Shown here: positions 25,031-35,284 of the stretch, piece after piece
How positions within the stretch are numbered: the first letter of the stretch is position 1
Layout: each line of letters opens with the position of its first letter
Assembly: GCA_963662335.2 (NCBI GenBank)
Contig: CAXXVD010000002.1
Coordinates: 672,001-736,000 of the forward strand
DNA from: Chloroflexota bacterium
GTDB taxonomy: Bacteria; Chloroflexota; UBA11872; VXOZ01
DNA: 64,000 nt
Direction: 5' to 3'
Notes under the pieces: generated by a model
Database searches by the model: none
Seen by the model: only the letters and a program-made list of their open reading frames with translations
Told to the model about the DNA's origin: nothing
Made by a program: the position numbers and the translations under genes

Positions 25031-27469
25031 TTATTCGCTGCAGAACTCCAACTCTAGCTGGTCCAGGTCGCTGTACTGGACGTCTTGCAGCCCGACCGGT
25101 ATGCAGCCGGTGAACTGGTTGCCGCTCAGGTCCAACTTGCTCAGGGACGGTAGGTCGCCCAACGCGGCGGGGATGTCGCCGCTCAGTTGGTTTTCGCCCA
25201 GGTCCAGGGTCTGCAAGTTGGCCAGGTTGCCCAGTTCAGGCGGAATGCTGCCGGAAAGCTGGTTTTCGTCCAGGTCCAGCCACTCCAGGTTCGTCAGGTT
25301 GCCGAACTCGGCCGGGATGCTGCCGGTGAGCAGATTCTCGTTGAAGTCCATCTCCCGCAGCCGGATCAAGTTGCCCAGTTCCGGCGGCAGGCTGCCGGAG
25401 AATTGGTTCTCATCCATGTCCAACTCGCGCAGTTTGGCCAGATTGCCCAACGTCGCCGGCAGTTCGCCGGAGAGTTGGTTGTGGCGCATGTCCATTGACC
25501 GCAGGTTGGTCAGGTTGCCCAATTCCGGCGGCAGGCTGCCGGTCAATTGGTTGTTCCAGAGGCCGATGATCTGCAGGTTCTCCAGATTGCCCAACTCGAC
25601 CGGAATGCTGCCGGTCAACTGGTTATGGCCCAGGTCCAGCACGGTCAGGCGGGCCATGTCCCCAAGCTCCGCCGGAATTGCGCCGGACAGGTGGTTGTGG
25701 GAGAGGTCGATTTCGCTCAGGCTCGTGAGGCTGCCAAGCGCGGCGGGAATTGCGCCGCTTAGCCGGTTGTCGCTGAGGTCCAGCGTCTCCAGCTTGCCGG
25801 CTTTGCTCAACGCCGCCGGAATACTGCCGGTCAGTTGGTTGGACGCCAGCGAAATCACCTCCAGGTAGACGAGTTCGCCCAATTCCACCGGTATCTCGCC
25901 GCTCAGACGGTTGTGCGAAAGGTTGAACGTGCGCACGAAGGAGAAGTTGCTCAACTCAACCGGAATGGCGCCGGTCAGCCGGTTGTGGGAGAGGTTGAAG
26001 TACCGCAGGTGGACAAGCTTGCCCAGTTCCGGCGGAATCTCACCGCTCAGGCGGTTGCCGTCCAGGTACAGCCACGAGAGGTTCGGGATGTCGGCCAAGG
26101 CTGCCGGAATGGGGCCGGTCAACTGGTTGCCGGAAAGGCCCAGCGCCCAGAGGTTGACCAGATTGCCCAGTTCCGGCGGAATCTCGCCGGTCACGCCGGT
26201 GCCGGAGAGCCATAGCTCTTGGAGTTCGGTGAGATTGCCCAACTCCGGCGGTATCTCGCCGGTCAGGTGGTTATTGTCCAGGTCCAGTTCGCGCAGTTCG
26301 GTCAGGTTGCCCAGCACCGGCGGAATCTGGCCCGTAAGCCGGTTGTTCCAGAGCGACAACGTGCGCAACTTGGAGAGGGCGCTCAACTCCACCGGTATGG
26401 GGCCGGTCAGGCGGTTGAAGGCCAGGTGCAGCGTCGCCAGGTTGGAAAGGCCGCTCAACTCGGCCGGAATCTCGCCGGTCAGCTTGTTGAAGGAGAGCAC
26501 CAGCGAGCGCAACTCGGCAAGTTCACTCAACTCCACCGGTATGCCGCCGGTGAGTTTGTTGTAGGAAAGCGAGAGCGAACTCAGGCTCTCAAGGCCGCTC
26601 AACTCCACCGGAATCTCACCGCTCAAGTCGTTGCGTGAAAGCGATAGCGAACTGAGGTTGGCCAGGTTGCCCAACGCCGGCGGTATCGCGCCCGTCAACC
26701 GGTTTTGCGAGAGCGACAGGGATTGGAGATGGGCCAGGTCGCCCAACGCGGCGGGCAGTGTGCCGGCCAGGCCGTGTTCGGATAGGCTCAGTCCGGTCAC
26801 GCGCTGCAAGGAATTGAGACGCACGCCGTCCCACTCGCTGACATCGAGGTCGTCGGCCCAATTGAGCGCCGTGCCGTCGCCGACCAACTGGTCTCTCAGC
26901 TCCAAGAGCGTGGCGTGCTCATTCTCGGCGCAGTAGGGCAGGCCCAGGTCGGCCGCGTCGCCGTAGGAGACGGCGCTGAACTCATCCGGCAGGCAGCCGG
27001 TGAGTTGGTTGCCGCTTAGCGTAATCCAGTTCAGGTTGGCCAGGTTGCCCAACTCCAGCGGAATCTCGCCGGTCAGGTGGTTGCCGGAAAGCCAGAGCCG
27101 CTCCAGGCCGGCAAGGTCGCCCAAGGCCGCCGGTATCGTGCCGCGCAGATCGAGATTGCGGAGATCGATGCGGGTTACGCGCTTCGTCTCCGGGTCGATG
27201 GTGACGCCGAGCCACTCGGTAATGGGCGTGTCGGCATTCCAGTTGAGGTTCGCGCCGCCTTCGCCGCGCAGGGCGTCTCCGACCCCGCCGGCCAGAACCG
27301 CGCAATCTTCGGCGCTAACGTCTTCGGTGCACGGCGACTGGTAGGCGGCCGCCGTCAGCAAGAAGGCCCCGCCCAGGCAGAGCAACGCGACCCGCGTGCC
27401 CAACGACGCGTGTCGGGCAAGGAGTCTGAGGGCGTGTGCAGGATACGAAAGAAGCCGCTGCGACATCAT
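25031..27469 (-). CDS. Secreted leucine-rich repeat protein, plant-type 24-residue LRRs
   Basis: AGGAGG RBS and signal-like N-terminus. More than 20 repeats of LxxLxLxxNxLTGxIPxELGNLxx in two blocks, each with a W..GV cap and GCLP/GCIP end. Confidence 0.9.
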   Translation of the reverse strand: MMSQRLLSYPAHALRLLARHASLGTRVALLCLGGAFLLTAAAYQSPCTEDVSAEDCAVLAGGVGDALRGEGGANLNWNADTPITEWLGVTIDPETKRVTRIDLRNLDLRGTIPAALGDLAGLERLWLSGNHLTGEIPLELGNLANLNWITLSGNQLTGCLPDEFSAVSYGDAADLGLPYCAENEHATLLELRDQLVGDGTALNWADDLDVSEWDGVRLNSLQRVTGLSLSEHGLAGTLPAALGDLAHLQSLSLSQNRLTGAIPPALGNLANLSSLSLSRNDLSGEIPVELSGLESLSSLSLSYNKLTGGIPVELSELAELRSLVLSFNKLTGEIPAELSGLSNLATLHLAFNRLTGPIPVELSALSKLRTLSLWNNRLTGQIPPVLGNLTELRELDLDNNHLTGEIPPELGNLTELQELWLSGTGVTGEIPPELGNLVNLWALGLSGNQLTGPIPAALADIPNLSWLYLDGNRLSGEIPPELGKLVHLRYFNLSHNRLTGAIPVELSNFSFVRTFNLSHNRLSGEIPVELGELVYLEVISLASNQLTGSIPAALSKAGKLETLDLSDNRLSGAIPAALGSLTSLSEIDLSHNHLSGAIPAELGDMARLTVLDLGHNQLTGSIPVELGNLENLQIIGLWNNQLTGSLPPELGNLTNLRSMDMRHNQLSGELPATLGNLAKLRELDMDENQFSGSLPPELGNLIRLREMDFNENLLTGSIPAEFGNLTNLEWLDLDENQLSGSIPPELGNLANLQTLDLGENQLSGDIPAALGDLPSLSKLDLSGNQFTGCIPVGLQDVQYSDLDQLELEFCSE

Positions 27470-27552
27470 TGTCCTCCTTAGCGACTGATGGAGAATAACA
27501 CTTAAAGGGATGCGATACCGCCGGTTGCGCGCGCGCTCAGGCCGTTGGGGCG

Positions 27553-27954
27553 CTAGAAGCGGCGGCGCGTACGCCACGCGCGCTGGAGGCGCTCCATGAA
27601 ACCCGGCGCTTGGTCGGTCATCTGCCGGCCGCGCCACGTCTTCGCGGGCCGCTGCCGGTTGCCGCGAAAAGCGAGGAAGAGGGCCGCGCCGAGGCAGCCC
27701 GCGGCGGCAATGCCGAGCAGCGGGGCCGCCAGCGGAAACGTGAGGCGGAAGATGTTGCCCAGCACCAGCGCGGCGAGACCCAGCAGCAGCAACGTGCCGC
27801 TCGGGCCAAAGCGATCGAAAACGGCGTAGAAGGCGCGCCGCAGCGAGGGCGGCGTGCGGCGGGGCCGCTGCCGCTCTTCGGGCACGTAGACCTCAATGCC
27901 GTCGAGCAGCCGCCGCACCTCTTGCTCATCGCGTTTGGACATACGCTGCGGCAT
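27553..27954 (-). CDS. Hypothetical membrane protein
   Basis: 133 aa with two TM helices and a C-terminal KTWRGR motif. Confidence 0.6.
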   Translation of the reverse strand: MPQRMSKRDEQEVRRLLDGIEVYVPEERQRPRRTPPSLRRAFYAVFDRFGPSGTLLLLGLAALVLGNIFRLTFPLAAPLLGIAAAGCLGAALFLAFRGNRQRPAKTWRGRQMTDQAPGFMERLQRAWRTRRRF

Positions 27955-28026
27955 TTTCGTTACTCCTCGGTACTGCTGCTCTCTCTATTATTCGCTAAGG
28001 CGGCGGCGGCGTCAATCGCGCGGCCG

Positions 28027-28281
28027 CTATTTTTGGGTCTGGCCGCGGATGATGCGCTCGGTGACGTACCAGACCGCCAACCAGATGACGCCGCCCACGC
28101 CGAGCACCAGGCCCAAGACCAGGGCGTTTTCCGACGACCAGCCAAAGATGAGGCGCGCGCCAAGCGCGAAGAGGTAGAACCACGCCGCGATCTTCAGGCT
28201 GCGCGAAAGCCGCGTGCGGAACTCCACCCAGAGCACCAGCGCCAGGCTGAGGGCCGTGAGAAGCCAGATGAGTTGGCGCAT
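28027..28281 (-). CDS. Small hypothetical membrane protein
   Basis: 84 aa, three hydrophobic segments, coupled to the upstream gene. Confidence 0.6.
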   Translation of the reverse strand: MRQLIWLLTALSLALVLWVEFRTRLSRSLKIAAWFYLFALGARLIFGWSSENALVLGLVLGVGGVIWLAVWYVTERIIRGQTQK

Positions 28282-29027
28282 CAGTCACTGTACCCCCGCA
28301 GCGTGTCGAACGGCCCGGCCGGATACGTGCCGCGCAACAGGCGCAACGTCTCCAAGCCTTTCTGCGTATCGCTGGCCAGGCGCTCCGGCAGCGAGGTAGC
28401 CACCCGCTGCTTGAAGAGCCAGTAGTGAAACTCTTTCCACTCGGTGAGCGTCATGACGCCGCTGCGGTCGCGTTCCCGCGCGGCGCTGAACTCCTGCAAG
28501 AGTTCGTGCTCGTTCCTGCCGTAGAGACGGGTGTAGGGGTTTTCCGGGTCGCGGGAGTCCCGCGTAACGCCATAGTTCGTGGCCTTGAGTATCTCGTCTT
28601 CCACCGCGTGCAGCAGCACCTCTTCCAGCGTTACGCCGTAGAAGTAGTTGAGGTACGCGCGGTACTTCTCCTCGCCCAGCAGGTGGGCGAAGTCTCTATC
28701 CGCATACGTGTAGGGCGGCCGGGCATAGAAGAAGAGCGCGTTGTATTCCGCCGGCGGCAGGAGATGCCGGCAGTCCCAGCACATGCGCTCCATGACGAGC
28801 AGCAGGTCGAGCGCTTCGCCGCCGATCAGGTAGCGAAAGTAGCGCCCGCCGTAACACTCTTCAGCCCGGCTCCAGAGATGGACCGCGCCCAACAGCGCGC
28901 GATACCAATGCTCGCCTTCCCCCAGCGCGGCGGCAAAGGCCCGCACGGCCGGGGTGTGGTCGGTGGCTAGGGCTGATTCGGGGTGCTGCTGCAGCACCTG
29001 CTGTTGCGGTGTGACGAGGGTCGGCAT
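28281..29027 (-). CDS. Conserved hypothetical protein (resembles a Chloroflexota-associated family)
   Basis: HWYRALLGAVHLW...YLIGGEALD...KYRAYLNYFYGVTLEE...YWLFKQR...ASDTQKGL. Family recalled from memory, unverified. Confidence 0.65.
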   Translation of the reverse strand: MPTLVTPQQQVLQQHPESALATDHTPAVRAFAAALGEGEHWYRALLGAVHLWSRAEECYGGRYFRYLIGGEALDLLLVMERMCWDCRHLLPPAEYNALFFYARPPYTYADRDFAHLLGEEKYRAYLNYFYGVTLEEVLLHAVEDEILKATNYGVTRDSRDPENPYTRLYGRNEHELLQEFSAARERDRSGVMTLTEWKEFHYWLFKQRVATSLPERLASDTQKGLETLRLLRGTYPAGPFDTLRGYSD

Positions 29028-29439
29028 GGCAACTACTCTCGTGCGCCGTGACGCGCGTTCCCACACGCCCATTATACTCACCACAGGGGGCGGATGCCTA
29101 CTGCGGACGTTTTAGGATGTCCAATCACTGGAGACCCCGTTTGTGCGGGACAGCCGGCAGTTGCGGGACTCCTTGCCACGATTTGCGACGATGGGGCGCG
29201 GCAAAGACCCTCCAGGGGAGCAGGTCTCCTTCTGTCATTCCGAGCGGAGCGAAGAATCTCAGGCCGCGCCGGGAAACCTCGTTCCACAAACGGAGGCGCT
29301 GAAAGGGCAACTTACGCCACGCAAGAGGCGACGGGCGAAACACCCTCTCGGTCGGTTTGGGACTGCTTTCCACATAAGAGACTTGGTATCATGGAGTGGA
29401 AAACGCTATAGTTGTGGACTGCATCACGAGTAGCGAGGA

Positions 29440-29745
29440 GTGGCGGCGTTCGTGCCGGTATATCGTCTGGACTACACCAATACGGAAAGCGCCCCGCAGC
29501 GAATCACGGTGAACGGCGATACGGTCGCGCACCGCATTCCCCCCGGCGGCAGGAAGTCGGTGCCGATGGAGGTCGACGACGCCGTCGTGATTTGGGAACT
29601 GACCGGCCAGGATGACGCGGCGCCGCAGTTTGTCGGCACGGTGATCGGGCAGTCCGGCGGCATCTTCCTGGAGTTGCGCCCCGCTGACGACCCGGCCGCC
29701 GAACCGCAGCGCATTCGCTTGCAGACCCGCCGCCGCTTGCTCTAG
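29440..29745 (+). CDS. Hypothetical protein
   Basis: 101-aa ORF with GC-rich codon usage and GAGGA upstream. Confidence 0.5.
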   Translation: MAAFVPVYRLDYTNTESAPQRITVNGDTVAHRIPPGGRKSVPMEVDDAVVIWELTGQDDAAPQFVGTVIGQSGGIFLELRPADDPAAEPQRIRLQTRRRLL

Positions 29746-29858
29746 CGCAGACAGACACGCCGCTTAGCAGGCGAGCCCGTCCGGCAACGCGCGCAGATTA
29801 CAGGACATCGTATGCCAAAGATACTATGGGCGCTTCGGCGAGTTTGCGCGGAGCAAAC

Positions 29859-30434
29859 TCAAGCCCCTGTTGCGGTAAGATGAAGAATCTCAAGACTGCT
29901 CGGTGAAGCGCCCGCTACGCGCTTGAAGTCGGAATCAGCAGTGACGAATGTCCCCGCGTGCGCCTCTGCCAGGGCGAGGTGAAGCGCGTCGTCCGGCGTA
30001 AGGTCGAGATCGCGCATGTAGCGGATTGCCGCCGCCGTCAATGGTGGCGTAAAGGTTGCGCTGACCGGTACCACGTCCACCTGATGCCCGGCTTCTCGCC
30101 AAACGTGGATTGCACGCGCGACGCCTTCGATCCAGTCGCCGTGCTTCTCGAAGGAAGCGCCTTTCCATTTACGAAATGTGCTTCTTGTGAAACGGGCGCC
30201 GTGCGGTTGCTCATCGAGCGTGGGGTAGGACTCCCGGAACATTCCCCACCAGGCTTCTTGCAATGAAATCATGGAAACCAAGATAGGCGCGCCAGTGATA
30301 AGCAACTCCCCGACCACATCCTTGCAACGCTTGTAGAGGTGGTGGCTACTTGCTACGTAGCCGACAAGCACATTGGCGTCCAAGTAGACGGGTGACTGAA
30401 ACGTGTAACCTGGTTGCCAGCGCGTGACGAGCAT
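29859..30434 (-). CDS. PIN domain protein
   Basis: VYLDANVL, ISLQEA, PDDALHLA and FVTADSDF. Confidence 0.85.
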   Translation of the reverse strand: MLVTRWQPGYTFQSPVYLDANVLVGYVASSHHLYKRCKDVVGELLITGAPILVSMISLQEAWWGMFRESYPTLDEQPHGARFTRSTFRKWKGASFEKHGDWIEGVARAIHVWREAGHQVDVVPVSATFTPPLTAAAIRYMRDLDLTPDDALHLALAEAHAGTFVTADSDFKRVAGASPSSLEILHLTATGA

Positions 30435-30435
30435 T

Positions 30436-30810
30436 CTAGTAGTCCGGCGGTGTGGTCAATTCCACCACGTCGAGTTCAGGTGAACCGGGGACGACACCCA
30501 TGTACCGCACGAACGCCGTGAACAACTTGGGCGACATCCGCTGTCGATAGTAATCGAGGTCGAATTCACCGAACCGCCGCTGGTACTCTGACTTCTTCAC
30601 ATAGTAATCCGGGGCAACCTTGATCCACGGCTCACCCCCCGGTACATCCTGGGCAGACCCACTTTCCTGAATTGCACTGCCCGGCATTGCTCCATTCAGC
30701 CAGTCCGTGTCCTGGGATTTGGTAGCCTTGGCAGTAAAGAGGCTGTTTGAAGTCTCTCTTCGATAGGCCGGCGCCCTATCTATCTGCAAGACAGAGTCCG
30801 TTGACATCAC
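30436..30810 (-). CDS. Hypothetical protein, middle gene of a three-gene cassette
   Basis: Overlaps the upstream stop (GTGA) and ends 1 bp before the PIN start. Confidence 0.6.
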   Translation of the reverse strand: MMSTDSVLQIDRAPAYRRETSNSLFTAKATKSQDTDWLNGAMPGSAIQESGSAQDVPGGEPWIKVAPDYYVKKSEYQRRFGEFDLDYYRQRMSPKLFTAFVRYMGVVPGSPELDVVELTTPPDY

Positions 30811-31484
30811 ACACCTGCTCTAACGCTAATGTCGGAGCGCACAAGTTGTACCGTAGATTCCGTCCATGCTTGCGCCTCTTCAAGCACACTCTGCAACTCT
30901 TGAGGACTAAAGTGCGTTTCGACGTTCCAACTGGAACTAAGGCCAAGAAAGAGAAAACTCCCTGGCAAGTCATCGAGAGACCAACGCAAGTACTTTTCCT
31001 GCAGTTGCCTGTGCGCCATTGGACCGAGTTCGACGTTCTTTACTCTGTGACCTTCGTCAATCTCAAGCCTAACTCCGATGTCTGTAGCTAGGCGCGCGAG
31101 TTCAGTAGGTTGCAGATAGGCTTCTCGAGTAAGCGTACGCAATTCATCGAAGGATAGTTCAAAGGGTTCTACATAGGCAGAGTTCATTTCAACCTTTTGC
31201 GCGACTGGCAAGTGAGAAACGGCATGAAATCTGGAGAACGTATCTAAGGCGTTCCGTATCGCAGCCTCGCTCGTAGCATTCCCTTCTTGCTCGAATGACA
31301 CCTCACGCATGTTGAGTCCTACGCGCTGCCGGCGATCTTCATGCTCGAAGTAGTGCGGTTCGCCCTTCAGTTCGAAGTTCTCGTCGGCGCTCGCTACACG
31401 AAATAAGTCGCGCACCTCCAACCAGGGATGCAACGCTTCCGCAAACTCCAACCGGATGATTGTCTTGACAAGTCTTGCGGCCAT
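30807..31484 (-). CDS. Hypothetical protein, TIGR04255-like
   Basis: LVKTIIRLEF N-terminus, YFEHEDRRQRVGLNMREVSFE and alternating beta/alpha pattern. Resemblance judged by eye. Confidence 0.5.
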   Translation of the reverse strand: MAARLVKTIIRLEFAEALHPWLEVRDLFRVASADENFELKGEPHYFEHEDRRQRVGLNMREVSFEQEGNATSEAAIRNALDTFSRFHAVSHLPVAQKVEMNSAYVEPFELSFDELRTLTREAYLQPTELARLATDIGVRLEIDEGHRVKNVELGPMAHRQLQEKYLRWSLDDLPGSFLFLGLSSSWNVETHFSPQELQSVLEEAQAWTESTVQLVRSDISVRAGV

Positions 31485-31658
31485 TTCCCCGTCGCAATCG
31501 CCAACTCATGATATTCAAGTGCGGCGCACTTGGGCAATGCAAGCCTTAGGCCAACTATGTTAGTACGAAGTGGTCTGTAGGACAAGCGCGAGGCCGGACG
31601 AGGCCGAGCAACTTGCAGGCGGAAGCTGCGACGAACCTGGCGTGCTTCTCTCCAAGAA

Positions 31659-33014
31659 CTAGGATGTCGGCGTGGCTTGGGCCGAGTTGAGTTGCATCTG
31701 GATGGCGTTGTGGGTGTCGGTAGCGGCCTGGTGGGCGGTGGCTTGGCCGGTGAGGACGGGGAAGACGAGGGAGGCGAGGACGAGAAAGGCGAGCCATTCG
31801 GGCGCGTCGGCGTCGATGTACTGGCTCTGCTCCATACTCTCCACCAGCACGAGCGAGTCATTGACCGTAAGCGTCCGGTGGATAGTGCGCAACTCCTCCG
31901 CGCTGGTGCGCAGGGCCGGCAGGCTGAGGCTGCGGGACGCGGCTTGCGCCAGCGGGTAGAGCGCCTCGTAGGCGGCGTCCGGCCGGTTGCTTTCCTCCGC
32001 GATGCCCACCATGTGCTCCACCAGCCCCCACGTAGCCGCGTCCCGGCTGCGCGGCAGCGTGACCAGTTCCAACGCTGCCCGGCCGGTGCCGCGCCAGAAG
32101 GGTTCCGCTCGCACAAGGCTGCCCGACATCGCGATCTGGCCGGAGAGCAGCATCTCCTGGGCTTTGTTCGTGAGGTTGAGCGTGAGGTTGTCCGCGCGGT
32201 AGTCCACCAACTCGAAGGGCGGCGCCACTTCATGGTTCAGGATGAGGTCCGCTTGAAACTGCAACGCGGCGATAACGCCCGGGTGCGTAACCTCCCAGTT
32301 GCGGTCCTGGAAGAGCGTGCTCCCTTCCTGCCAGGCCAGGGCAAAGAACGGCGGCACGAGCGGCGCTTGCAGAAAGCCCCACACGCGCGGCGTGCCGGTG
32401 GCGTCGTTGAGCGAGCGCGCCAGCGCGAGGAAGTCCGTCCAGCGCCAGGTGGCCTCCGGCAGGGGCGTGTTCGTCTGCGTGAAGAGCGCCGGGTTATAGA
32501 GCAGCGTGCAGACGGCCGCGGAGAGCGGCAGCGCGTGCAGCGTTCCCCGGTACGCGCCGCTGCTCAGGACGTGGGGCCAGTAGCGTTCGGTGGAAAAGTC
32601 CATGTCGCGGCGGGTGTATTCGGTCAGGGAGCGCGTCACGCCTTGTGAAGCCAGCGTCGGCAGCGCGAACTGGTCCATCCAGACCAAATCGGGCCTGGTG
32701 CCCGCCGCCACCAGATTCGTCACCGCTTCCGAATACGTCTGGCCGCCGGTAGGCCGCAGCGCCACCGCCTCCACCACATGCGCCGCGGCAAAGATTGCTT
32801 CTTCCAGCACTGCCCCCATGGCGCGGGTCTGGCCGCCGGAGGCGTCGGGCATGAGGAGGGTCAGCGGTGTCGCGGGCTCGGCTGTGGGCGGAGTCTGGGC
32901 GGCCTCTTCCGCATCGGAATCATCCGATCTGAAAGGCCCGCACGCCTGCAACAGCGGCGCAAATGCCGCCGCAGAAACGAAGGGCGCCGCGCGAAGCAGC
33001 TTCCGTCGCGTCAC
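31659..33014 (-). CDS. ABC transporter sugar-type substrate-binding lipoprotein (Tat)
   Basis: TRRKLL twin-arginine, LQAC lipobox, PDLVWMD and LLYNPALF. Confidence 0.8.
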   Translation of the reverse strand: MTRRKLLRAAPFVSAAAFAPLLQACGPFRSDDSDAEEAAQTPPTAEPATPLTLLMPDASGGQTRAMGAVLEEAIFAAAHVVEAVALRPTGGQTYSEAVTNLVAAGTRPDLVWMDQFALPTLASQGVTRSLTEYTRRDMDFSTERYWPHVLSSGAYRGTLHALPLSAAVCTLLYNPALFTQTNTPLPEATWRWTDFLALARSLNDATGTPRVWGFLQAPLVPPFFALAWQEGSTLFQDRNWEVTHPGVIAALQFQADLILNHEVAPPFELVDYRADNLTLNLTNKAQEMLLSGQIAMSGSLVRAEPFWRGTGRAALELVTLPRSRDAATWGLVEHMVGIAEESNRPDAAYEALYPLAQAASRSLSLPALRTSAEELRTIHRTLTVNDSLVLVESMEQSQYIDADAPEWLAFLVLASLVFPVLTGQATAHQAATDTHNAIQMQLNSAQATPTS

Positions 33015-33334
33015 TGTGGCCTTGCCTCCATGCAGCCCGGGTACGCTCTTTGCGTCGCAGCGGTCTCGTTCAAACGTGCGCGGCGCACGCGCGGCAATCC
33101 GGTTGCGCGCCGCTTCCGCTCAAACCGGAGATTGCTCCATGCTCTCTAGTATGCGGGAGAAAGCTGGGAATTTCCTGAGATTCTGAGGGAAAACTGTGTA
33201 TTTGGGTGCTTAAGTCACGTCGCGTTGCACGCTTGACCGCCCAAAGCAGCGCGCTGCCCCAGGCAGGGAAGCGGCGCACTGTTCTTTCGCATTCTATCAT
33301 GCGGGCAACGGCGGGCGCAGGCCAGGCAACGCGG

Positions 33335-34597
33335 TCAAAGCTCGCGGGCGCCGATGTCGCTGCGGGAGTAGGCGTTCTCAAACGAGACGCGCGCGAGGTT
33401 GTCGTAGGCGCGGGCGCGGGCGTGGGGCACGTTGGCGGCTTGCCCGACGGTCAGCAACACCCGGCCGCCGGCGGTGACGACCGTGTCGTCTGACAAGGCG
33501 GTACCGGCGTGGAAGAGCAACGCGTCGTCATCCAGCGTATCCAGTCCCGCTATGGGATGGCCGGTGGTATAGGAACCGGGATAGCCGCCGGAAGCAAGCA
33601 CCACGCCGCAGGTAGCGGCCGGATCCCAGGTCACGTCCGTCTCCGCCAGCCTGCCATCCACCGCGGCCTGAAACACCGCAACCAGGTCGGCCTGCAAGCG
33701 CGGCAGGATGAGTTGCGCCTCCGGATCGCCGAAACGCACGTTGAACTCCACGATGCGCGGGCCGTCGTGGGTGAGCATCAGTTGCCCGTAGAGCACACCG
33801 GCGTAGGGGCGGCCTTCCTGCGCCATGAGCGTGATTGTGCGCGCCATGATGTCGTGGTGGATGTAGTCAAGGGTCTCCGGGTCCACGAACGGAGCCGGCG
33901 AATAGCCGCCCATGCCGCCGGTATTGGGGCCGGCATCGCCGTCGAACGCGCGCTTGTAGTCGCAGGCGGTGGCCAGCGGCGTGATGCGCGCGCCGTCGGC
34001 AAAGGCGAAGACCGAAATTTCCGTGCCGCGCAGGCACTCCTCGATGACGATGCGGTCGCCGGATGCGCCAAAGGCCCGGTCTGACATGATGGTGTCCAGC
34101 GCCCGCATAGCCTCCGCGCGCGAAGAGCAGACGAAGACGCCCTTGCCGGCGGTCAGGCCGTCGGGCTTGAGCACGATTTCCCGGTCCGGCGCTTGCTCGA
34201 TGTAGGCGGCCGCCGCGTTCCGCTCGTTGAAAATGGCAAAGCCGGCCGTGGGCAGGCCGTGCCGCCGCATGAACTCCTTGGCCCAGACCTTGCTCCACTC
34301 CAGTTTAGCCGCCGCCTGCGTGGGGCCGAATGCGCGCTGGCCGCAGGCTTGTAGTGCGTCAACTGCGCCGAGTGCCAGGGGGTCGTCTTGGGCCACCACC
34401 GTGAGGTCGATGGCGTTTTGCCGCACCCAGGCGACGAGAGAATCGATGTCGGTCGCCGCAATGGGCACGTTCTCTCCCAGAGCCGCCGTGCCGGCGTTAC
34501 CGGGGGCAACGAAGAGGGTCGGCTGGAGGGGACTCTGGGCGCATTTCCAGGCAATGGCGTGCTCACGTCCGCCCCCGCCGACAATCAGAATGCGCAT
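33335..34597 (-). CDS. purD: Phosphoribosylamine--glycine ligase
   Basis: GGGGREHA, LEWSK, DGLTAGKGV, GPNTGGMG and EFNVRFGDPE. Confidence 0.97.
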   Translation of the reverse strand: MRILIVGGGGREHAIAWKCAQSPLQPTLFVAPGNAGTAALGENVPIAATDIDSLVAWVRQNAIDLTVVAQDDPLALGAVDALQACGQRAFGPTQAAAKLEWSKVWAKEFMRRHGLPTAGFAIFNERNAAAAYIEQAPDREIVLKPDGLTAGKGVFVCSSRAEAMRALDTIMSDRAFGASGDRIVIEECLRGTEISVFAFADGARITPLATACDYKRAFDGDAGPNTGGMGGYSPAPFVDPETLDYIHHDIMARTITLMAQEGRPYAGVLYGQLMLTHDGPRIVEFNVRFGDPEAQLILPRLQADLVAVFQAAVDGRLAETDVTWDPAATCGVVLASGGYPGSYTTGHPIAGLDTLDDDALLFHAGTALSDDTVVTAGGRVLLTVGQAANVPHARARAYDNLARVSFENAYSRSDIGAREL

Positions 34598-34604
34598 AAC
34601 CCGC

Positions 34605-34988
34605 TTACTCCAGCGCTAGCTGACCCGCGCGAAAGTCGATGGTCAAGCGCCTGCCGCGCAGGAAGTCCAGGCCCAAGACCCCGTCAATGGCGGCGCGGGA
34701 CGGCAGCGTGTGGCAGAGCACGGGCACGTTCGTTAGCGCTTTCCCCAACGCTTCGAGCCTATCAATCTTCAGCAAGGGCACTGAAATCGCACCGCTGCCA
34801 GTGATAATGCGCGTCCGTCTATCTGACTCGGCAGGCTCGTAGCCGAGATGGAGCGCAATTTGCCGGCTAATGACCGTCCTCGTAGCGCCGGTGTCTAACC
34901 CCAGACGGACGGTTTCAGGGCGTTTGCCAAGATAGAGAGTGGCAGGAACGACGATGAGACTGCCGCGCGGATCGAAGCTGTAGGTCAT
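34605..34988 (-). CDS. Retropepsin-like aspartic protease (P3)
   Basis: LDTGATRT and IDGVLGLDFL. ATGA-coupled to the upstream gene. Confidence 0.85.
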   Translation of the reverse strand: MTYSFDPRGSLIVVPATLYLGKRPETVRLGLDTGATRTVISRQIALHLGYEPAESDRRTRIITGSGAISVPLLKIDRLEALGKALTNVPVLCHTLPSRAAIDGVLGLDFLRGRRLTIDFRAGQLALE

Positions 34989-35236
34989 AGGAGGAATTCT
35001 ACATCGTTCGGCAACTCGCCAAAGTACCACACGGCAACGTGACTCGGTTCACGGCCCTCCTCGCGCAGACGCCTCAGCGCGCCATAGACGGCGACCCGGT
35101 CCTCATCGTGGGCGAGCACAACGCCGCGTATCACCTCGCTCATGGGTGTCAGGTCCGGTTCGCCGATCAGCACCCACTCGCCGCCATAGGCCGCTTCCAT
35201 CTCGGCGTAGGTCATGACGGTTGCTTGTGTTTTCAT
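34985..35236 (-). CDS. DUF5678-like small protein (A5)
   Basis: MTYAEMEAAYGGEWVLIG...GVVLAHD...DVEFLL. Confidence 0.75.
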   Translation of the reverse strand: MKTQATVMTYAEMEAAYGGEWVLIGEPDLTPMSEVIRGVVLAHDEDRVAVYGALRRLREEGREPSHVAVWYFGELPNDVEFLL

Positions 35237-35284
35237 AGTATGGTCGCTCCTCGATTGGGTTTCTGCGCGGATTCAACGGGAAAC

